Source: Anthoceros angustus
Taxonomy: Eukaryota; Plantae; Anthocerotophyta
Direction of reading: 5' to 3'
NCBI GenBank assembly: GCA_010909165.1
Contig: MU008169.1
Span: 1,426,001 to 1,490,000, forward strand
Length of the DNA: 64,000 nucleotides
Below are positions 50,995 through 64,000 of this stretch, in pieces. Position 1 is the stretch's first letter. Every line of letters begins with the position of its first letter. The notes under the pieces are model-generated. The model was not told the DNA's origin and searched no databases. It saw only the letters and a list, made by a program, of their open reading frames with translations. A program made the translations under genes and the position numbers.

Positions 50995-51807
50995 CTAAGA
51001 AAAAGAGTTGGCCGAAATCGTAACCCGCTTTGTGAAGGCGTAGACAAGCACGCCAATTCTGGCACCGGCAGCCGCAGGATGTCTATGGACTACTTGGACA
51101 TCAAAGTGCTTAGAGGCTTTTTTGAAAAATTGTGAATCCTTTTTCCACCTCCTCAGATGTCCCAGGAGGAGTGGAGGGCCAGGCTCAGCATCCTGGGAGC
51201 CCACCAGCCATTTGAGAGTGCGAATCAGCGGATCGAACAGCGTGTCATAGTAGACGACATCGGATGCCAGAATGAGATCGTAGGGCGCGTCCAGCGCTTG
51301 CACATCTTCCTGCACCCCCCACCTGAGCGTCCGCGCACTCAAACTTCCTCCCGCCCGCGACACATCCCCCTCATTCAAGGCCACGTTGTGCATCAGATTG
51401 GGCAGCACATGAGGCAAATCCGTGAGTAGCACCTCCGCCCCCAGGCGCGCGGCCATCATCCCCACCATGCCTGTTCCTGCCCCGAGCTCCAGTACCCTAA
51501 CCCTGCCTGCTGCAGCCCGCTTGGGTCCGGGAATGAGCGCCGACAATCCCTCGACGCCGCACCTCTCTTCCAAGTACCAGCACAGCGCGGAAGCCGCAGG
51601 CCAGAGCTGGAATGACAACCCTCTCGCCCGCAGCTGCCTCACCAAGATCGGTGCGCGGTTCTCCAGTATCCGCACCTCGTAGCCCACCTCCACGGCGTCC
51701 GCATTCGTATTCGCATCCGCATTGTCCCCTCCTCCTCCTTCCTCCCCTATCTCCGCAAAGCACAGGCTCTGTGCCGCCGACTCCTCTAGCGCAATGTCAT
51801 CTTCCAT
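50995..51807 (-). CDS. Protein-lysine N-methyltransferase, METTL21-like (Methyltransf_16 family), single exon, 270 aa
   Basis: GLSFQLWPAA, VLELGAGTGMVG (SAM-binding motif I), LTDL, LRWG and DLILASDVVY. Confidence 0.93.
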   Translation of the reverse strand: MEDDIALEESAAQSLCFAEIGEEGGGGDNADANTNADAVEVGYEVRILENRAPILVRQLRARGLSFQLWPAASALCWYLEERCGVEGLSALIPGPKRAAAGRVRVLELGAGTGMVGMMAARLGAEVLLTDLPHVLPNLMHNVALNEGDVSRAGGSLSARTLRWGVQEDVQALDAPYDLILASDVVYYDTLFDPLIRTLKWLVGSQDAEPGPPLLLGHLRRWKKDSQFFKKASKHFDVQVVHRHPAAAGARIGVLVYAFTKRVTISANSFS

Positions 51808-52521
51808 GCTGCAGCACCCCGGCTCCTGAAGCCGAGCTTGAGTCTTTTAGCCAGACGATGATTTGATACTCTGCCGCTATTCCACCAGACACGTCACAGG
51901 GCAATGGGACAATTTCGAACGCATCACAGCTTCACAAGAGTGTGACAATTTTGAATGCATCACTGTGTACATATCACCTGAATTTCTTCCAAGTAACGTA
52001 CATAAGAGAAGTCATTTGAGTCTTATGCTCATTGACTAACTTCGACCGTCTTGCGAAAATTCACAGACACCACACCAAGGATGCAAGCTTCCCCTGATGC
52101 CCCCGTTGAAAGCCAAAACAATACATGACTTTGACAGTACACAGGCACGCTAAGGGCTGGGCAGTATCCTGGATCCTCCAGCGCCGCATGCCGTTTACCG
52201 GCAGCTTTCACCCTAGGTGAGAGGGCTCTCACTCTAAACTGACGGAGTCTGCAATCGCCAGGAACGAAAGATTATGATCCAGAGTGGCAGGAACCTCCAA
52301 GGAAAAAATCTTGTAGGGGAAAAAACAACACTGTCTGGACTGAATGCTAGCGGCTAGCCTAAAGCACCTACAGCACCACCAATCCAGGAGAAGCCCCTGA
52401 TACCTACATGAACTGTACAGGCGTGACGACAGTGAGTGGATGCACACTGAAGGGCCACTCCCAGGGGATGCGTCACCCGCACATAGTCAACAGCTGCTGT
52501 TCTCCACAAACAGGTCGTGCG

Positions 52522-53418
52522 TTAACCCTCAGGCGGAGCCTTTCTCTTGGTGATGTTAAGCATCTCCTTCGCCTCCGCCTGTTCCTCCATCAACGTATCA
52601 CTGGTATACTTTTCCAGCAGCTCCTGCTTCTTCTTCTCCATCACCATCCGCTCGATCTCCTTCTCATCCGGGAGAGGAACATGAGCCACAAACTCCTTCC
52701 TAGGCCTCTTCTCATCTTGTTCTTCTTCCAGGGCAAATTCATCCACGTCTTCATCTGTGAACGTCATCTTCACCTTCGCAACCTCACCGCTCTTGACGGT
52801 TTTTCGAGCTTCAGCTTTCACAGCCTCTATCCGCTGCCACTCCCGTAACGCCTTCTCCCGCATCTCCTTCTCCGCCACTTTCTCCACCCGCTCCAGAACT
52901 CCGTCCTCCTCATCCCTATATCCGTAATAGTCTGCGTCGATGCGCTTGTACATCTCATACCTGGACCGCCTCTTGGTCTGTTCCGGCGGCTTCTGAAACA
53001 GCTCCCGCACTCCAGGCAGCTGCTTGGCTGCTCCAAAATACTTGTAGCCCGGGCCTCTGCCACTGGCCACTTCCACAGGCCTCCCTTGCGAGTCCGTGAG
53101 ATGAGGCCCGGTCTTGGCATAATTCGGGCCACCTAGCTCAACAATTCTCACCTCCCAATGCCCTTTCTCCCGTATCAGCTTGTTGATCTCGTCGTTCAGG
53201 TCCCGCAGTCGGTGCTCCCCCAGGCCAGGGTTCTGGATTTCCATCACCTTCCGGCCAATCTCCCTGGTAATCTGCGTCCTCCATTTGTCCGCTTCTGCAA
53301 GGTCCCGACACTCTGATGCTAGATACGGCCGTTTCTCCTTAGGCTTCTTCTTCTCCTCATTCTTGTGAGCCAAGAATCTGTTGAGCATAGACTGCGCTTT
53401 CTCTTCATTTCGCGCCAT
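52522..53418 (-). CDS. ISY1: Pre-mRNA splicing factor ISY1 homologue, single-exon CDS, 298 aa
   Basis: MARNEEKAQSMLNRF...LRDLNDEINKLIREKGHWE...GYKYFGAAKQLPGVRELF...YYGYRDEEDG. Confidence 0.97.
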   Translation of the reverse strand: MARNEEKAQSMLNRFLAHKNEEKKKPKEKRPYLASECRDLAEADKWRTQITREIGRKVMEIQNPGLGEHRLRDLNDEINKLIREKGHWEVRIVELGGPNYAKTGPHLTDSQGRPVEVASGRGPGYKYFGAAKQLPGVRELFQKPPEQTKRRSRYEMYKRIDADYYGYRDEEDGVLERVEKVAEKEMREKALREWQRIEAVKAEARKTVKSGEVAKVKMTFTDEDVDEFALEEEQDEKRPRKEFVAHVPLPDEKEIERMVMEKKKQELLEKYTSDTLMEEQAEAKEMLNITKRKAPPEG

Positions 53419-53434
53419 TGCATTCTACTCTCCG

Positions 53435-53592
53435 GTCCGCAGCAAAGCCAGACGCCAGACCCTTCTCTAACCAGAACGTCCGCAGCAAAGCCAGACGACA
53501 GACCCTTCTCAAACCAGGCCGTCCGCAGCAAAGCCAGATGCCAGACCCATCTCAAACCAGAACATCCGCAGGAAAGCCAGACCCTTCAAAAC
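53435..53592. repeat. 43-bp tandem repeat (~3.6 copies) immediately upstream of the ISY1 start codon
   Basis: (G/A)TCCGCAG(C/G)AAAGCCAG at 53435, 53478, 53521 and 53564. Confidence 0.9.
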
Positions 53593-54095
53593 CCCGAAAT
53601 GAGAGCTTCAACTACCTATCGGTAAGTGCATAAACCTAGTAATTTTGATTTAAAATAGCAATTACGTGCTTTCCTTATACAACTTCCTTGCCGCGAAAAG
53701 ACCTTTCATTTTAGCGTTATTGCTTGCGTTTTTGAGTTTTTGCTTTTTTCATTGCTTGCAATGGTTTTGAGGGCTTCGGGCTGCATACTTTACTCTTCTT
53801 CAAACCGCGACTATTACCACAAAACCAGAAGCCAGCGGCCATCAACTGCTCCCATGGTATGACAATCAACAGGAATTTGAAGGACACTTTGCAAACCTTC
53901 AAATGGACTACGAGTGTATGAGGAGCACCAATCTAACACCCCAACGTCTAGAGCTGCACAGAATTATCTACAAGTAGGACTATCTATCAGTAGGATCTCA
54001 CAGGAAGGGAGTATGTACACTTGATTGAAAGCTGAGCCAAATGCGGCTCCCCTGCGCTGGTGGACCGAGGTGTCAGCAGATTTCCCACGAAGAGC

Positions 54096-57000
54096 TTATA
54101 TTTCGAAATACTTAGGATTTGTAGGAAAGTTATACTCCGAATGCAGCTGCCATTCCCACTGCATGGGTCAGTTCGGTTGACAAGGATGTCCAGGCATGTG
54201 CTTAAGACAATGAAATGTCCCACCGACTGCTCTCTGCTTACCTTGCCTTCATCAGAATCGGATTGTCTGCGGGGAAACACTGCTCGTAGATCACCATATA
54301 TATAAAATCGTCGCTCGTCCTGTGAAGCCTTGGGTCCTGGGCTCATGGATGGAAGTCCATCCAAATCATGGCCACCTTGAGACTTGCCTCTGGTCTTCAG
54401 AGGCGGGCACGAAAATCGTATGTGCAGAGCATAACGGAGCACACTTCCGCCATTCTCTGAGTTCCCACAGCAAAGATTTGCTGTCTTGGTATTGGTGCGT
54501 GCCTTGGCTGAGTGGCTAGCACTCAACTCTGCTCTGACAGTCTGCTTGTTGTCCATGGAGCAGTAAAGCCTGGCTACATTTGCATTGCTCGGCAGTTTCT
54601 CGGATGGAGAACTGCATTCACTGACATCTACACCCATTTCACTGGGCTCTTGCACATCTGTACTGTTATGCTGCTGGGTTCCCTTGCTGTACAGGCCCAC
54701 CTCCTCCGTATTAACATTGTTGCTGCCTGGACTTTCACAACAAACCTTACGCCGAGGAACTTTCATACTGCTTGGAGACCCCTTGCCTGCTAGTGAGACT
54801 TTGTGACGTAGAAATGTCTACAGAAGGAAAACCCAACAAACAGTTTGCGAATTAAAGATGACAGACAGAAATACAAGAACTTTTATCCTACAAAATCTCC
54901 CCTGCAAAATGTCACTCACCTTGGTACCCGGTGGCATGTCCGTCAAGTCATAGCTACAAATGAATGTATGAACAGGTGTTAGTTCTGGGTTGCTGAGAAC
55001 CTGCAGAGGAACAACTCCATCTTATTACGCAACATTCTTGAAACAGCACAGTCAAACACGGGTAAGAAGGCAAACAATCAAGCAAATAACACAAACAAGG
55101 GAGTGGGAAGGACGACTCTAGTACCAATTGTATGCGGCCCCTGCTTGGAATTCGATAGCGATTTTTTACAGATTTGTTGTCGACAGTGCCCTTGTTACCC
55201 TTCAAGTTTTCAGTTGTTATGATATCTGCCAGATCAATTGATGCATAGTACAGCTGTGAGCTGTCTCCATCCACACAAGTGACAGAGAAGGGCAGCTTCT
55301 TGATTGATGGGAACCAGCTTCCACCAGTAACACTCAACAGAGCTAGAAAACCGTGTATCCTCTGCAAGATTGACAAATTTGGCATAAGTTCCGATGTGAT
55401 GCTCAGACATACGAAATCACTGAAAAGGACACAGAGTGTACATCTGCCTGCCCACCCCTTTTAACTGGATTGCCCCGTCAACGATAAGAAAACCAAAGAA
55501 AGCCCAATGCAATTATGTCTGAACATCACACAACCTGCAGGCAGGAATACTAACTGAAAGCGGTAATTAATATACGCAACACACCTGCGAAGGCTTTCCA
55601 GACAAGTAGCGCCCTGACAACAATGACTCTTCGAAAGATCCAACTAATGACCTCCGGACAGATGCTCCATGTCCGGAAGACTTCAACGCTGAGGAAGATA
55701 TTGAATGGAACTCTACTCCAGAGCCACCTCCAGCATTTACTTGCTTGAAGGTGGTGCCTGGCATCCAATATCGGTATGCATCGCCTGTTTCCTCAAACAC
55801 TCTCCCACTTGCTTCCTCTAGTATGTCTTCATCGACCAAGTGTCCTCGTAGATAAAATGGATCTGGTAAAGAATGCCGGCGGCTTGGTGGAGAATACATA
55901 CAAGCTCTTGACTCCCATATTCTCATTCTATTAGGAGACAACCCAAGGGAAGCTGAGCCAGATCGAGGCCCGAGAGGTGAGAGAGATAAACCAGGTGAGG
56001 GGCCACTATGAGGTGACCTGACATTTCTCAGCAGTAATAATTCGCCATCAGTGGAACCTGACTCCACTGATTTATGCACTGGATATTCAATCAATGCAGA
56101 TTGGACATCAGAAGTGAAAGCTCCACGTTCGAAACTGTCACCTACCTGACTGGTTAACAAAGGTCCATCAGTGCGTGGACCAAAATAGTCTCGAGCCCGC
56201 AGATGTGTCCTTGTATGCAGATCCTCAGAGGGCCTAGGGATTGGAACAGGCGTGCTTGCCTGGCTGCAATTCAGTGAATTCTCTACCATTAACATGGTGG
56301 AAGAAAAATTATTGTCACCTGGGCTACTGGGCATGAACACTGAAGCATGTGCTGGAATCAAGCAATTAGCCATCATCCCCTGACTAGAACACTGTTCAGC
56401 AGCAGAGGAGGTAGAAAATGGTAATGGACATATTGGACCATCTGAATGCTCAATGATATGTTCACCTCGTAAAGTCCTTTGTGTGCTATCAAAACTCCTT
56501 GGCGTAAAACCAGGCGAGCTTGTGCAGTCGAGTGTGACTGGAACATAAAAGGTCCCACTTGACACACAGCTCTGGTCCACATCACAAGCTCTTGACACTG
56601 TATGATTGCTCGGAAAGCAGACTCCTCCAGTTCCTGCTTTCAGCTGACAAAATTCGTCTCCAAGATTCAACTTCTGAGTAGTCGTCAGACATCCTTGATT
56701 TGTGAACTCAGGAACCTCAGTCAATCTGCTTTTCACAGCTGCTGTTGTGGATATTTCTTGTGACCCCCATCCCCCCCCTGCATCTCTGCTCGTAGACACA
56801 GGGCAAGCTCTCTTGGTGTCCTCCCTGTGCTGGGAGAAGTTGCCTTCCAACACACCTTCACGACCATCCACTCCTCTGCCATGAACTTCTTGCCTTCCAT
56901 TGTGCAAATCAAAGCCTGAATCGGGTGCGAGGAGCTCCAATAGAGGTGATATACTCTTCTTTCTAGTCGATAGACATGGGTGCTCCTTTGATCCAGAACA

Positions 57001-57702
57001 CCTTCGAGCACCTGGTACTATTCCAGACAAATCTAGGGCAGTAGGCTTTGCACAGGTGTTTAGACTATCTGTACTCTCCTTAAGTTTGGTCTCGAAGTCA
57101 ACGTTTTTAGGCCCTGCAGTATCGGCAGGCGAAGCAGTCTGGCAGGTTGAATTGGCGGGATCAAATCCCAGAATAATTGAAGTCGGCTCATCTGACCCTT
57201 GCTGAGCCTTATCACTCTGCCCTCTGCTGCCCTTCCCAGCAGAGGCAGTATGAGATGGGGGTAGATATTCCCATACTGCTTTTCCTGGTATCAGGGCCTT
57301 CTTTGCAGATAGGTCAGCTAGTGTGCTCCAGCCTGACCCTGTTTTGCTGCTGCTTGCAACGGTTCCTGAAAGCTCTGCTATGACATTTCCACCAGAGCAG
57401 TCACAGTATTCCAAAGTGCTACTATATCTCTCTAGAGGAATAGCTGATGATAACATCGGTTGCTGAACGCATTTTCCCGGTCCGGGATTGGGCAACCTCT
57501 CAATCCCGAGTTCCTTGCTCAATCTCGATACAACTCGGGGAAGCGGCACCACAATGTGCTGGTCCTTCCCCCTGCAAACACAACTACCTTCATGACTACA
57601 TCCAATACCCACTCCAGAGGGCTGCTTCTGCGTGCAGGCATTCAGAATCACATGCCCATCTGGTGCTTCGTCACTAGGATGGGGCAACCCCATCCTTTCC
57701 AC
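54096..57702 (-). CDS. Atos homologue / FAM214 (DUF4210 plus C-terminal domain), 5 coding exons
   Basis: Exons 57702 (or 57693, MGLP)-55585, 55361-55125, 55000-54920, 54817-54242 and 54146-54096, all with GT-AG introns. Motifs [27 protein letters not shown]|[13 protein letters not shown]...[11 protein letters not shown]|[16 protein letters not shown] and PTNPKYF. Confidence 0.92.
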
Positions 57703-58876
57703 ACAACTACTTCGTCGCTTTGTAGCTCGACAACTCTAAGATTCCATCTTCAAGCACCCAACACACTACTGCGCACTGCCATGCCGGGTGCTCTTAGCTA
57801 CAGATAGCTTAGAACCATTTCAATCCATCGAATAACTTATCGCAGTCAGTGCATACATCACCACATAACTAGAGAACTGCTGCGATGAGCCCCATCCTGC
57901 TCTCGAACTGGGGCACAGTCCTCCATCCTCGGAACTACTCTTGGAAAGGCAGAACGTTCTCTGCCACTGTCCTCACAACCAGCCACAGTCACTCCACAGC
58001 TGGTACCGAATTCTCCCAAACCATCCCATTCCAACATGGTCAAGAGACACTCAAAAAGGTGCCATCACTGTCTCCGAAGCTCCAACAAGCCAGCCAAGCC
58101 AAGCTCACCTGACATCACGGCCCAACATCACTTTCTTCCTGCATCTCCGATCAACCGAACTGAAAGATTGGGTCACCAATCATCAACACCACCATCCCAG
58201 TCTCGCTCTCCGCCCACAAAACCCGTCTCCTTGTCTCTAATCATGGACCTCACGTCGAGAGCTGGCAGAATGACCAACAGAAGCCCGTCCTGCACTTTGA
58301 GAAACCCCATCTTCCCGGGCGGTCAGGATGAGACGAGATCCACAAGCGCCAAGACCCGACCCACGATCTTCCGACTCCCAGGAATACTCGGCTCCTCCGA
58401 CCGTCGAAATTCCAGAAAACGAAAGCACACAGGATCCGCACATTCCCTCAGGCTCGAATTGCCCCACCCAAGATCCCGCAGAAGCAGAGCCTTCTCCAGA
58501 GCCCCGCGCTCCGTCTATCACCGCACTCCAGCGAACCCATCAATCGAAATGTGCTCTAACTCCAACTGGAACTCGACCCACAGCGGGACAAGACTGAAGC
58601 AAGCGGCAGGCCAGCCGCCCAACACCCCTGTCATCGCCCACCAGACCAGCCGGCGTCAGTTGCCTACAGAATTGCAGCAAGGCGGGAAGGCGGAGAAGGA
58701 GCTGCCGCCGGGGAACCCGGCCAGCGCAGATCGCCTGGCCTCCCGGGCCCGCATTACGCAACAAGCCAAGCAATCCAGACCAGCCAGGGCCTCACCAGCG
58801 ACAGCCACAGCGAGGGCGGCTGCTGCGGAGCTCGGGCCATCTCCGGGGGCGATGCTCTCCTTCCCTCTCTAGCCTG

Positions 58877-58900
58877 GCTGCTGCTGCTGCTGCTGCTGCT
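58877..58900. repeat. (GCT)8 microsatellite in the probable 5' leader of the Atos-like gene; (CCTGA)n at 59178-59201
   Basis: Directly visible. Confidence 0.9.
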
Positions 58901-59623
58901 CCGAGCACGCAAGTCGGGAATCTGCCTTGGACCCTGCGTCCTCCTTGGCCTCGGCCTTCGCTTCGACGAAGGTGGGCTGTGGGCGACGGTGCGTGGGTAG
59001 GTGACGATCCTGGCACGGGGTGGGCTGCGCGAAATGCGATGGACCTCAATGGAAGCGATGCAGGCAGGGAGGCAGGTAGGAGCAAGAGGGAGAGAGAATC
59101 GATGGTGGAAACAGTGGGCGACGCGGGGAGAGAGATAGTGAGCCTTGCTTTGGCCCTGTGCACCACATCTGGCCAGGCCTGACCTGACCTGACCTGACCT
59201 GACGGGGCTGCCACATGGCCGTCCTGCAACCTGCCCCCTCGGCCTCTCAGGATCCTATCCCTGGCCCCTGGTTTGGTGATCACATCCCTTCATCGCCCGG
59301 CAGTAGATACGGCGCCATAGCCTTTTCTCGGGACACGACTAACTTTGCTATTCACAGCAGTGGCGGAAGAAAGTTCCGTTCTTGACACTTTCTTTATATA
59401 CAACAAGAAACTCAACGGAGGTGAAGTCTGGTTCCTACTGAAATGAGGCTTGCGTGAGAGACTCTTCCTCCTCAGCAAGGCTGGACAGTCTGGGAAAACC
59501 AAAGAGCTAACTGTTGATCGCATAGCCCTCACATCGGTGCAGAGTCTGGACTCAGCGCTGCACACCTGTCACGAAAGCACGGCAATGTGCCCTGCCTTCC
59601 CCTGCACCGACCTGCCCTGACCT

Positions 59624-62600
59624 TTACTGGGGCCTGTCCCAACTGGTTTCAGATGTGGACAAGTTGCCGTAGTAGACTTCTCCCGAGGAGCTGTCCCAGA
59701 ATGCCTGCAGCACGCAAGGGCGGTTAGCAGTGTGTCGTTTCTGCTGCACGATCGATATGGGCGGGTTATTGGGGACGTTTATTTTGTACCTGCCATCCTG
59801 AAGGCAGACCCTTCTCGAGCTCCTTCAGATCAGGCTTCTCTGCTTTGGACCCCGCAGTTTCACCGGCCGAGGATTTTGTCTCCGTCTTTTTGGCACGTTT
59901 CACTCGCTCCCTCCTGCAGCCACAGGCCATGTTCAGTGAGGCGATGGACTTGTCAGTTGCCTCCCACGCTCCATGCTCCTTATCAAGCGTGCAGAGGGCC
60001 TCTTACCAGTCTGCAATCCCCAGAGGTTGAAAGTTTGCATTATCCAAAGCACCCCCACTAGCAAGCTGCTCCCGTCGCCATTCCTGGGAAGAGATTGGAT
60101 TGTCACCACTGCAATTTGAACCAAAGAGCTAAAAACACTTCTTGAGAAGAGCAGCACACCACATTCCATTATACCTCTATCTCTTTCTGCCGCTTTTTCT
60201 CCATTGCATCAATGTCGTACTTGTCATTTTCTTCTTCATCGCTCTCTTGAAGTTCCTCCTTCGCTGCTATCCACTATTATAGGACAAAGTAGGGTAATTG
60301 ATCAATGAAGAAGCGCTTGCTTCGAGATTCCCCGAGCAGTACAACAGAGATCTATCTGGACAAGAAGACAGTACCTTATTCACCAAGTTTGACACCTTTT
60401 TGTTGGACCTCAGAGTTGGAGCAACTGCTGTGCTATGTGGCCTTTTCTTACCGCGGCTCACTGAAAGATAACAACAGCAAGTTAGCTATAAGGCAAAGGT
60501 GGCAGAGGTACAAAGCAACGGCTCCAAGAATGGTGACCAAAAGGTGTTCAACAAATTACAATTTTCACCTTTCGGTGGTTTCTTTGAAACTGTGCTGGTG
60601 CTAGCACTCTCTGTTGCTACTGATGGAGCAGCTTCCTTGGCACATGTGGAAGGTTTCAAACTAGCTTCGTCAACTTGGCCAGCTTTTGGCTCAGACCTTC
60701 CATCCACAACAGCGCCTGTCCAGCCATTCGCTGTGCCATTTACAGTCCCATTTGAAACAGCATTTACTGTCCCATTTGAGACACCATTTACTGTCCCACT
60801 GACCATCCTATAACCATTCAAACTCTGCGCGTAGTAGTACATGCTTGGTGCTGAAAAATAGCTGTAGGAGGTCCCAGGTATAAAGTGGGGAGCTAGCATA
60901 GCCGTAGCAGAAAAGTCACAAGTAAATTCAGGAGGAGGAGGGGGGGGAGGTTCATCCGGAGGTGGAGGGGGTGCAATCTCAGGGTCAGGGGGTGGAGGCG
61001 GTACCCAATCATCATCAGGAAGAGGAGGAGGAGGTGGTTGTTGTTGCCAGACATCAGTTGTCAATGGCATTGGATACATAGACATGGGGAAAGGCAAAGG
61101 GTAGGGAGATAATAAACCAGGGCCTGCAGACCCTGCATGTGAGGGATCCCCATAGTTCACAATACTATGGACACAGTAATCCCCTGTAGGAGCAGATACA
61201 GATGCCACTGCAGGTTCCTCATCACACGCACCATCGTCGACATCCATATCGACTTCCATGTCAACTTCGTTACTCACGTCCAATGGACCAGCATTACCTA
61301 GGTCCACGGGGCCATCTTGAGGCTCAATCAAGCAGGACACAGAAGGCTCTGCGTGCTGCTCTAATGTCAAGGGTTGGACAACATGTTCTGCATCCACTTG
61401 AGAAGGTTCTGCTGAGTCGATTGAATTCTCTTGGCTGATAAGCCCTTCATCCTCAACAGCCTCATCCATCACAGGCCTTACTGATTCAGCTGGGGCCCCA
61501 GCATCAGACTCAACTTGATGTTCATGAGGCTCCCTGTCCTCCGCCTCATCACCAGTGTCTGAGTGCTGTGCAGAAACTGGAGGACGAAGTGCTCGGAAAC
61601 CTGTCCTTCCAGCTTGAGGGGCCTCATTAATTGACCCTGCATTCGATGACTGGAAACTTCTTTCTAGTGTCCTATCCACTGCATTTTGCTCAGCCTCAGC
61701 TGATGCAGCAGCTTCCTCCACTGGTATAGCTTCCTCCACTGGAGTAGCTGACTCCAACCATTTCAAGTGCTCTTCACTGTAGCTTCTGAAAGTTTCATCC
61801 AAACCCCCTTCAGATGCAAGATTTTGACAATCTGATACTCTAATCCTGGCTTCAATTGCAACACGGACACACAATGGAAGTGCTTGCAAACCGTCACTGC
61901 ACAACCAAAAAAGCCAAATCAGAAAAAATATTCAAACTGAACTATTATGCTAGGTATAACACCAAAGGAGATCACCAGCCAAGGAATGGGTAACTAAAGC
62001 GAACCCTGCAAGAACTTCCAGGCGACATGCTACTGACTCTCCCCAGGCAAGGAATTGCTTCAGTTGTTCTTGATGACCTCCATCATTTCCTATCAAGGCA
62101 GCTACACCTGAGCGGGTCTCAGGGTTATTACACTGCTCTCCGTCCAGCATAACATCTTTCCTACCAGCGTCTTGAAGGTGAGACGTGTCTTCTAGACAAG
62201 CTGAGTCCAATACCGCCAGAGATGTGGTGATTGCCTGCTCAGCCGACAGACCATTCAGCTCACTGGCAAATGTGTCATCCGAACTAGCGTTTTCCCACCC
62301 TAGCTTCTGAAGTACCGGGACTGCAGATTGAGCATCACCTTGCCCACTAATACTTGGTCCTTCTAATTCCAATTCCTGTGCAGGCATGCCTGTGGGCTCA
62401 GATTCTAGTCCTACCAATGGCATAGACTCCCGACCTACATCCTGCGTTGTTTCAGTAATACAAGGTTCTATCGTGTTCCCATCATTTTGAATGTCAGCGG
62501 CTGCCACATCCTCCATGTGATGATCCAACATGTGTTCCACTTGAGACACAGACCTATAATTCAGTTCTTCCCTTAAGTTAGTGGCAGCAGGTTTCTCCCA

Positions 62601-63904
62601 CGTAGTTTCACCAGTTGTTGTGTTCCAATAGTAATAATCTCCACTCTCAGGATCGAGCACAACTTTCCATGCCACAGTCCCATCGTAAATGTGATTCTCA
62701 GGCATCCCCCCATTCACATTTGGTCTGGACAGGCCATTGGAGGTCTGATACCTCCATAACCTGTCATCTTTCCTCTCTCCCTTATCCTCCACGGGCTTGG
62801 CTACAACCAAATCTTCCACACCTCCCACCTGCCCATTGACTCCAGTGGTTTGTGCCTTGCCAACTGCAACATCAGCCCGTATGGTACCTCCAAGTTCATG
62901 TTCCAGCAGGCCACTTGTCTGCAAATCTGCCATGAAATTTGCCACCTTCATGGCGAAACCACTGCATCAGATCAAGGACCCAGAGGGACAAGGGAAGCAC
63001 CTCCTAAAAATGAGTCAGAAACTCGCTCCCAGCCCTCCAGGACAGCTCCCAAAATCTCACCTGCTCATCCACAGGGCGAGGTGGCAGTGCAATGTGCCTT
63101 CTTGTTCCATTCTCCGGCCGTGGTACCGCTATGTCACATTCTTCCTCCTCGTCCTCGTCACTGTACTGCCCCAGAAGTGATAGGGGATTTTCGGTACTCG
63201 CACCTGCACCTGCACCTGCACAACCCACACCTAATGAACCCCGGAAGTCACACCCTCAAAAGATGACAAAAAGAACTGGGCGTTAGCTGCATCGGTCTTC
63301 GTGTGGGTCAGCAGTTTGTTTAAATTGACAACAAGTTATGCTGAGCGTTAGGAGCACGGACGCTACTAGGGTCCTAATTGGTGTGCTATGTTCTATGCAG
63401 CAGCCGTCTGCTGTGGGTCGTGGCAGAGGAGAGCATATGACATACGACACACCCGACACTCTCATGGCAACGGGTCAGGTTAACAAACCAAACAAAGCCA
63501 GAAACATACGAACCGAGATGGCAATTGCTGCCGGCTGCATTCTCCACCCGCTCTGGTTCAGTGAACGTTGCCCTGTACGGCCATACTGACAAAGTAGAAG
63601 CAAGCCTGACCTCAACAAAGCTGAATGTCATTCAATTTTCCCTGCTGCTTGCCGCCCTGATCTGACCCTTTGTTGGTTCCCAACATCAGGGCCACCCTAC
63701 AGGCCCCAGAATCAATCTCTCCAGCCACAACTCTGGAGGTATCTGAATGGTCCCAGAACGAGTGCCTTTGCATGCAAGCACTGGCTTGCACAGGCACCAT
63801 GGAGGCAAGCCCTATGAACCCACCTGGAAGCAGTCGTGGAGACGGTACTCCAGCGCTGTTAAACTGACTCTCATCACCGCCGGTTTGGTCGTTTGCACCA
63901 GTTT
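59624..63904 (-). CDS. WW-domain protein, formin-binding protein 4 (FNBP4)-like; 5' end lies beyond the window
   Basis: Exons 63904-63824, 63230-63061, 62945-62005, 61896-60569, 60460-60375, 60273-60175, 60083-60007, 59913-59790 and 59704-59624, with phase-compatible GT-AG introns. Motifs NPLSLLGQYSDE, WW1 WKVVLDPESGDYYYWNTTTGETTWEKP, a poly-Pro tract, KKVSNLVNKW, NANFQPLG.DWRERVKR and WW2 LPSGWQAFWD...YYGN...TSWDRP*. Confidence 0.92.
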
Positions 63905-64000
63905 CTGCATCATTCGACATGCCAACACATGCCAGAGCCCATCAACCACGAGTCTCGTACCAAACCCCCACAGCACCAGCCACAGTATGCACACTGCTTA

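Noticed and set aside
58036-59283. 278-aa (+) and 163-aa (-) ORFs upstream of the Atos-like gene
   Set aside because: Low-complexity sequence with no recognisable family; the region looks like the 5' leader, leader intron and promoter of the Atos-like gene.

Overview
This is eukaryotic nuclear DNA, most likely from a compact-genome non-seed land plant such as a hornwort or other bryophyte (inferred from short GT-AG introns and plant-type genes). The left ~50.8 kb is repetitive. It holds a Ty3/gypsy remnant (1.8-2.7 kb), a 3.4-kb element with inverted termini (3.0-6.4 kb), and a tandem array of 14 units of a ~2.48-kb repeat (6.4-50.8 kb). Read on the minus strand across copies, the unit is not satellite DNA: it contains a TATA-driven, 4-exon gene for an unrecognised ~195-aa protein with a signal peptide. 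There are 11 full-span copies, 1 interrupted copy and 3 partial copies. Two insertions interrupt the array. One is a 6.4-kb TG...CA element with a near-perfect 5-bp TSD. The other is an internally deleted Ty3/gypsy LTR retrotransposon whose pol region carries a DNMT3-like C5 cytosine methyltransferase between the protease and the RT region; it also has a PHD-finger remnant, and the first ~93 bp of its 3' LTR are inverted. The right 13 kb is gene-dense, with four minus-strand genes: a METTL21-like methyltransferase, ISY1, an Atos/FAM214 homologue and an FNBP4-like WW protein. Frameshifts in the repeat region cluster at CG/CHG sites and homopolymers, so many may be long-read errors on methylated DNA. 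Protein sequences given for that region are manual consensus reconstructions.
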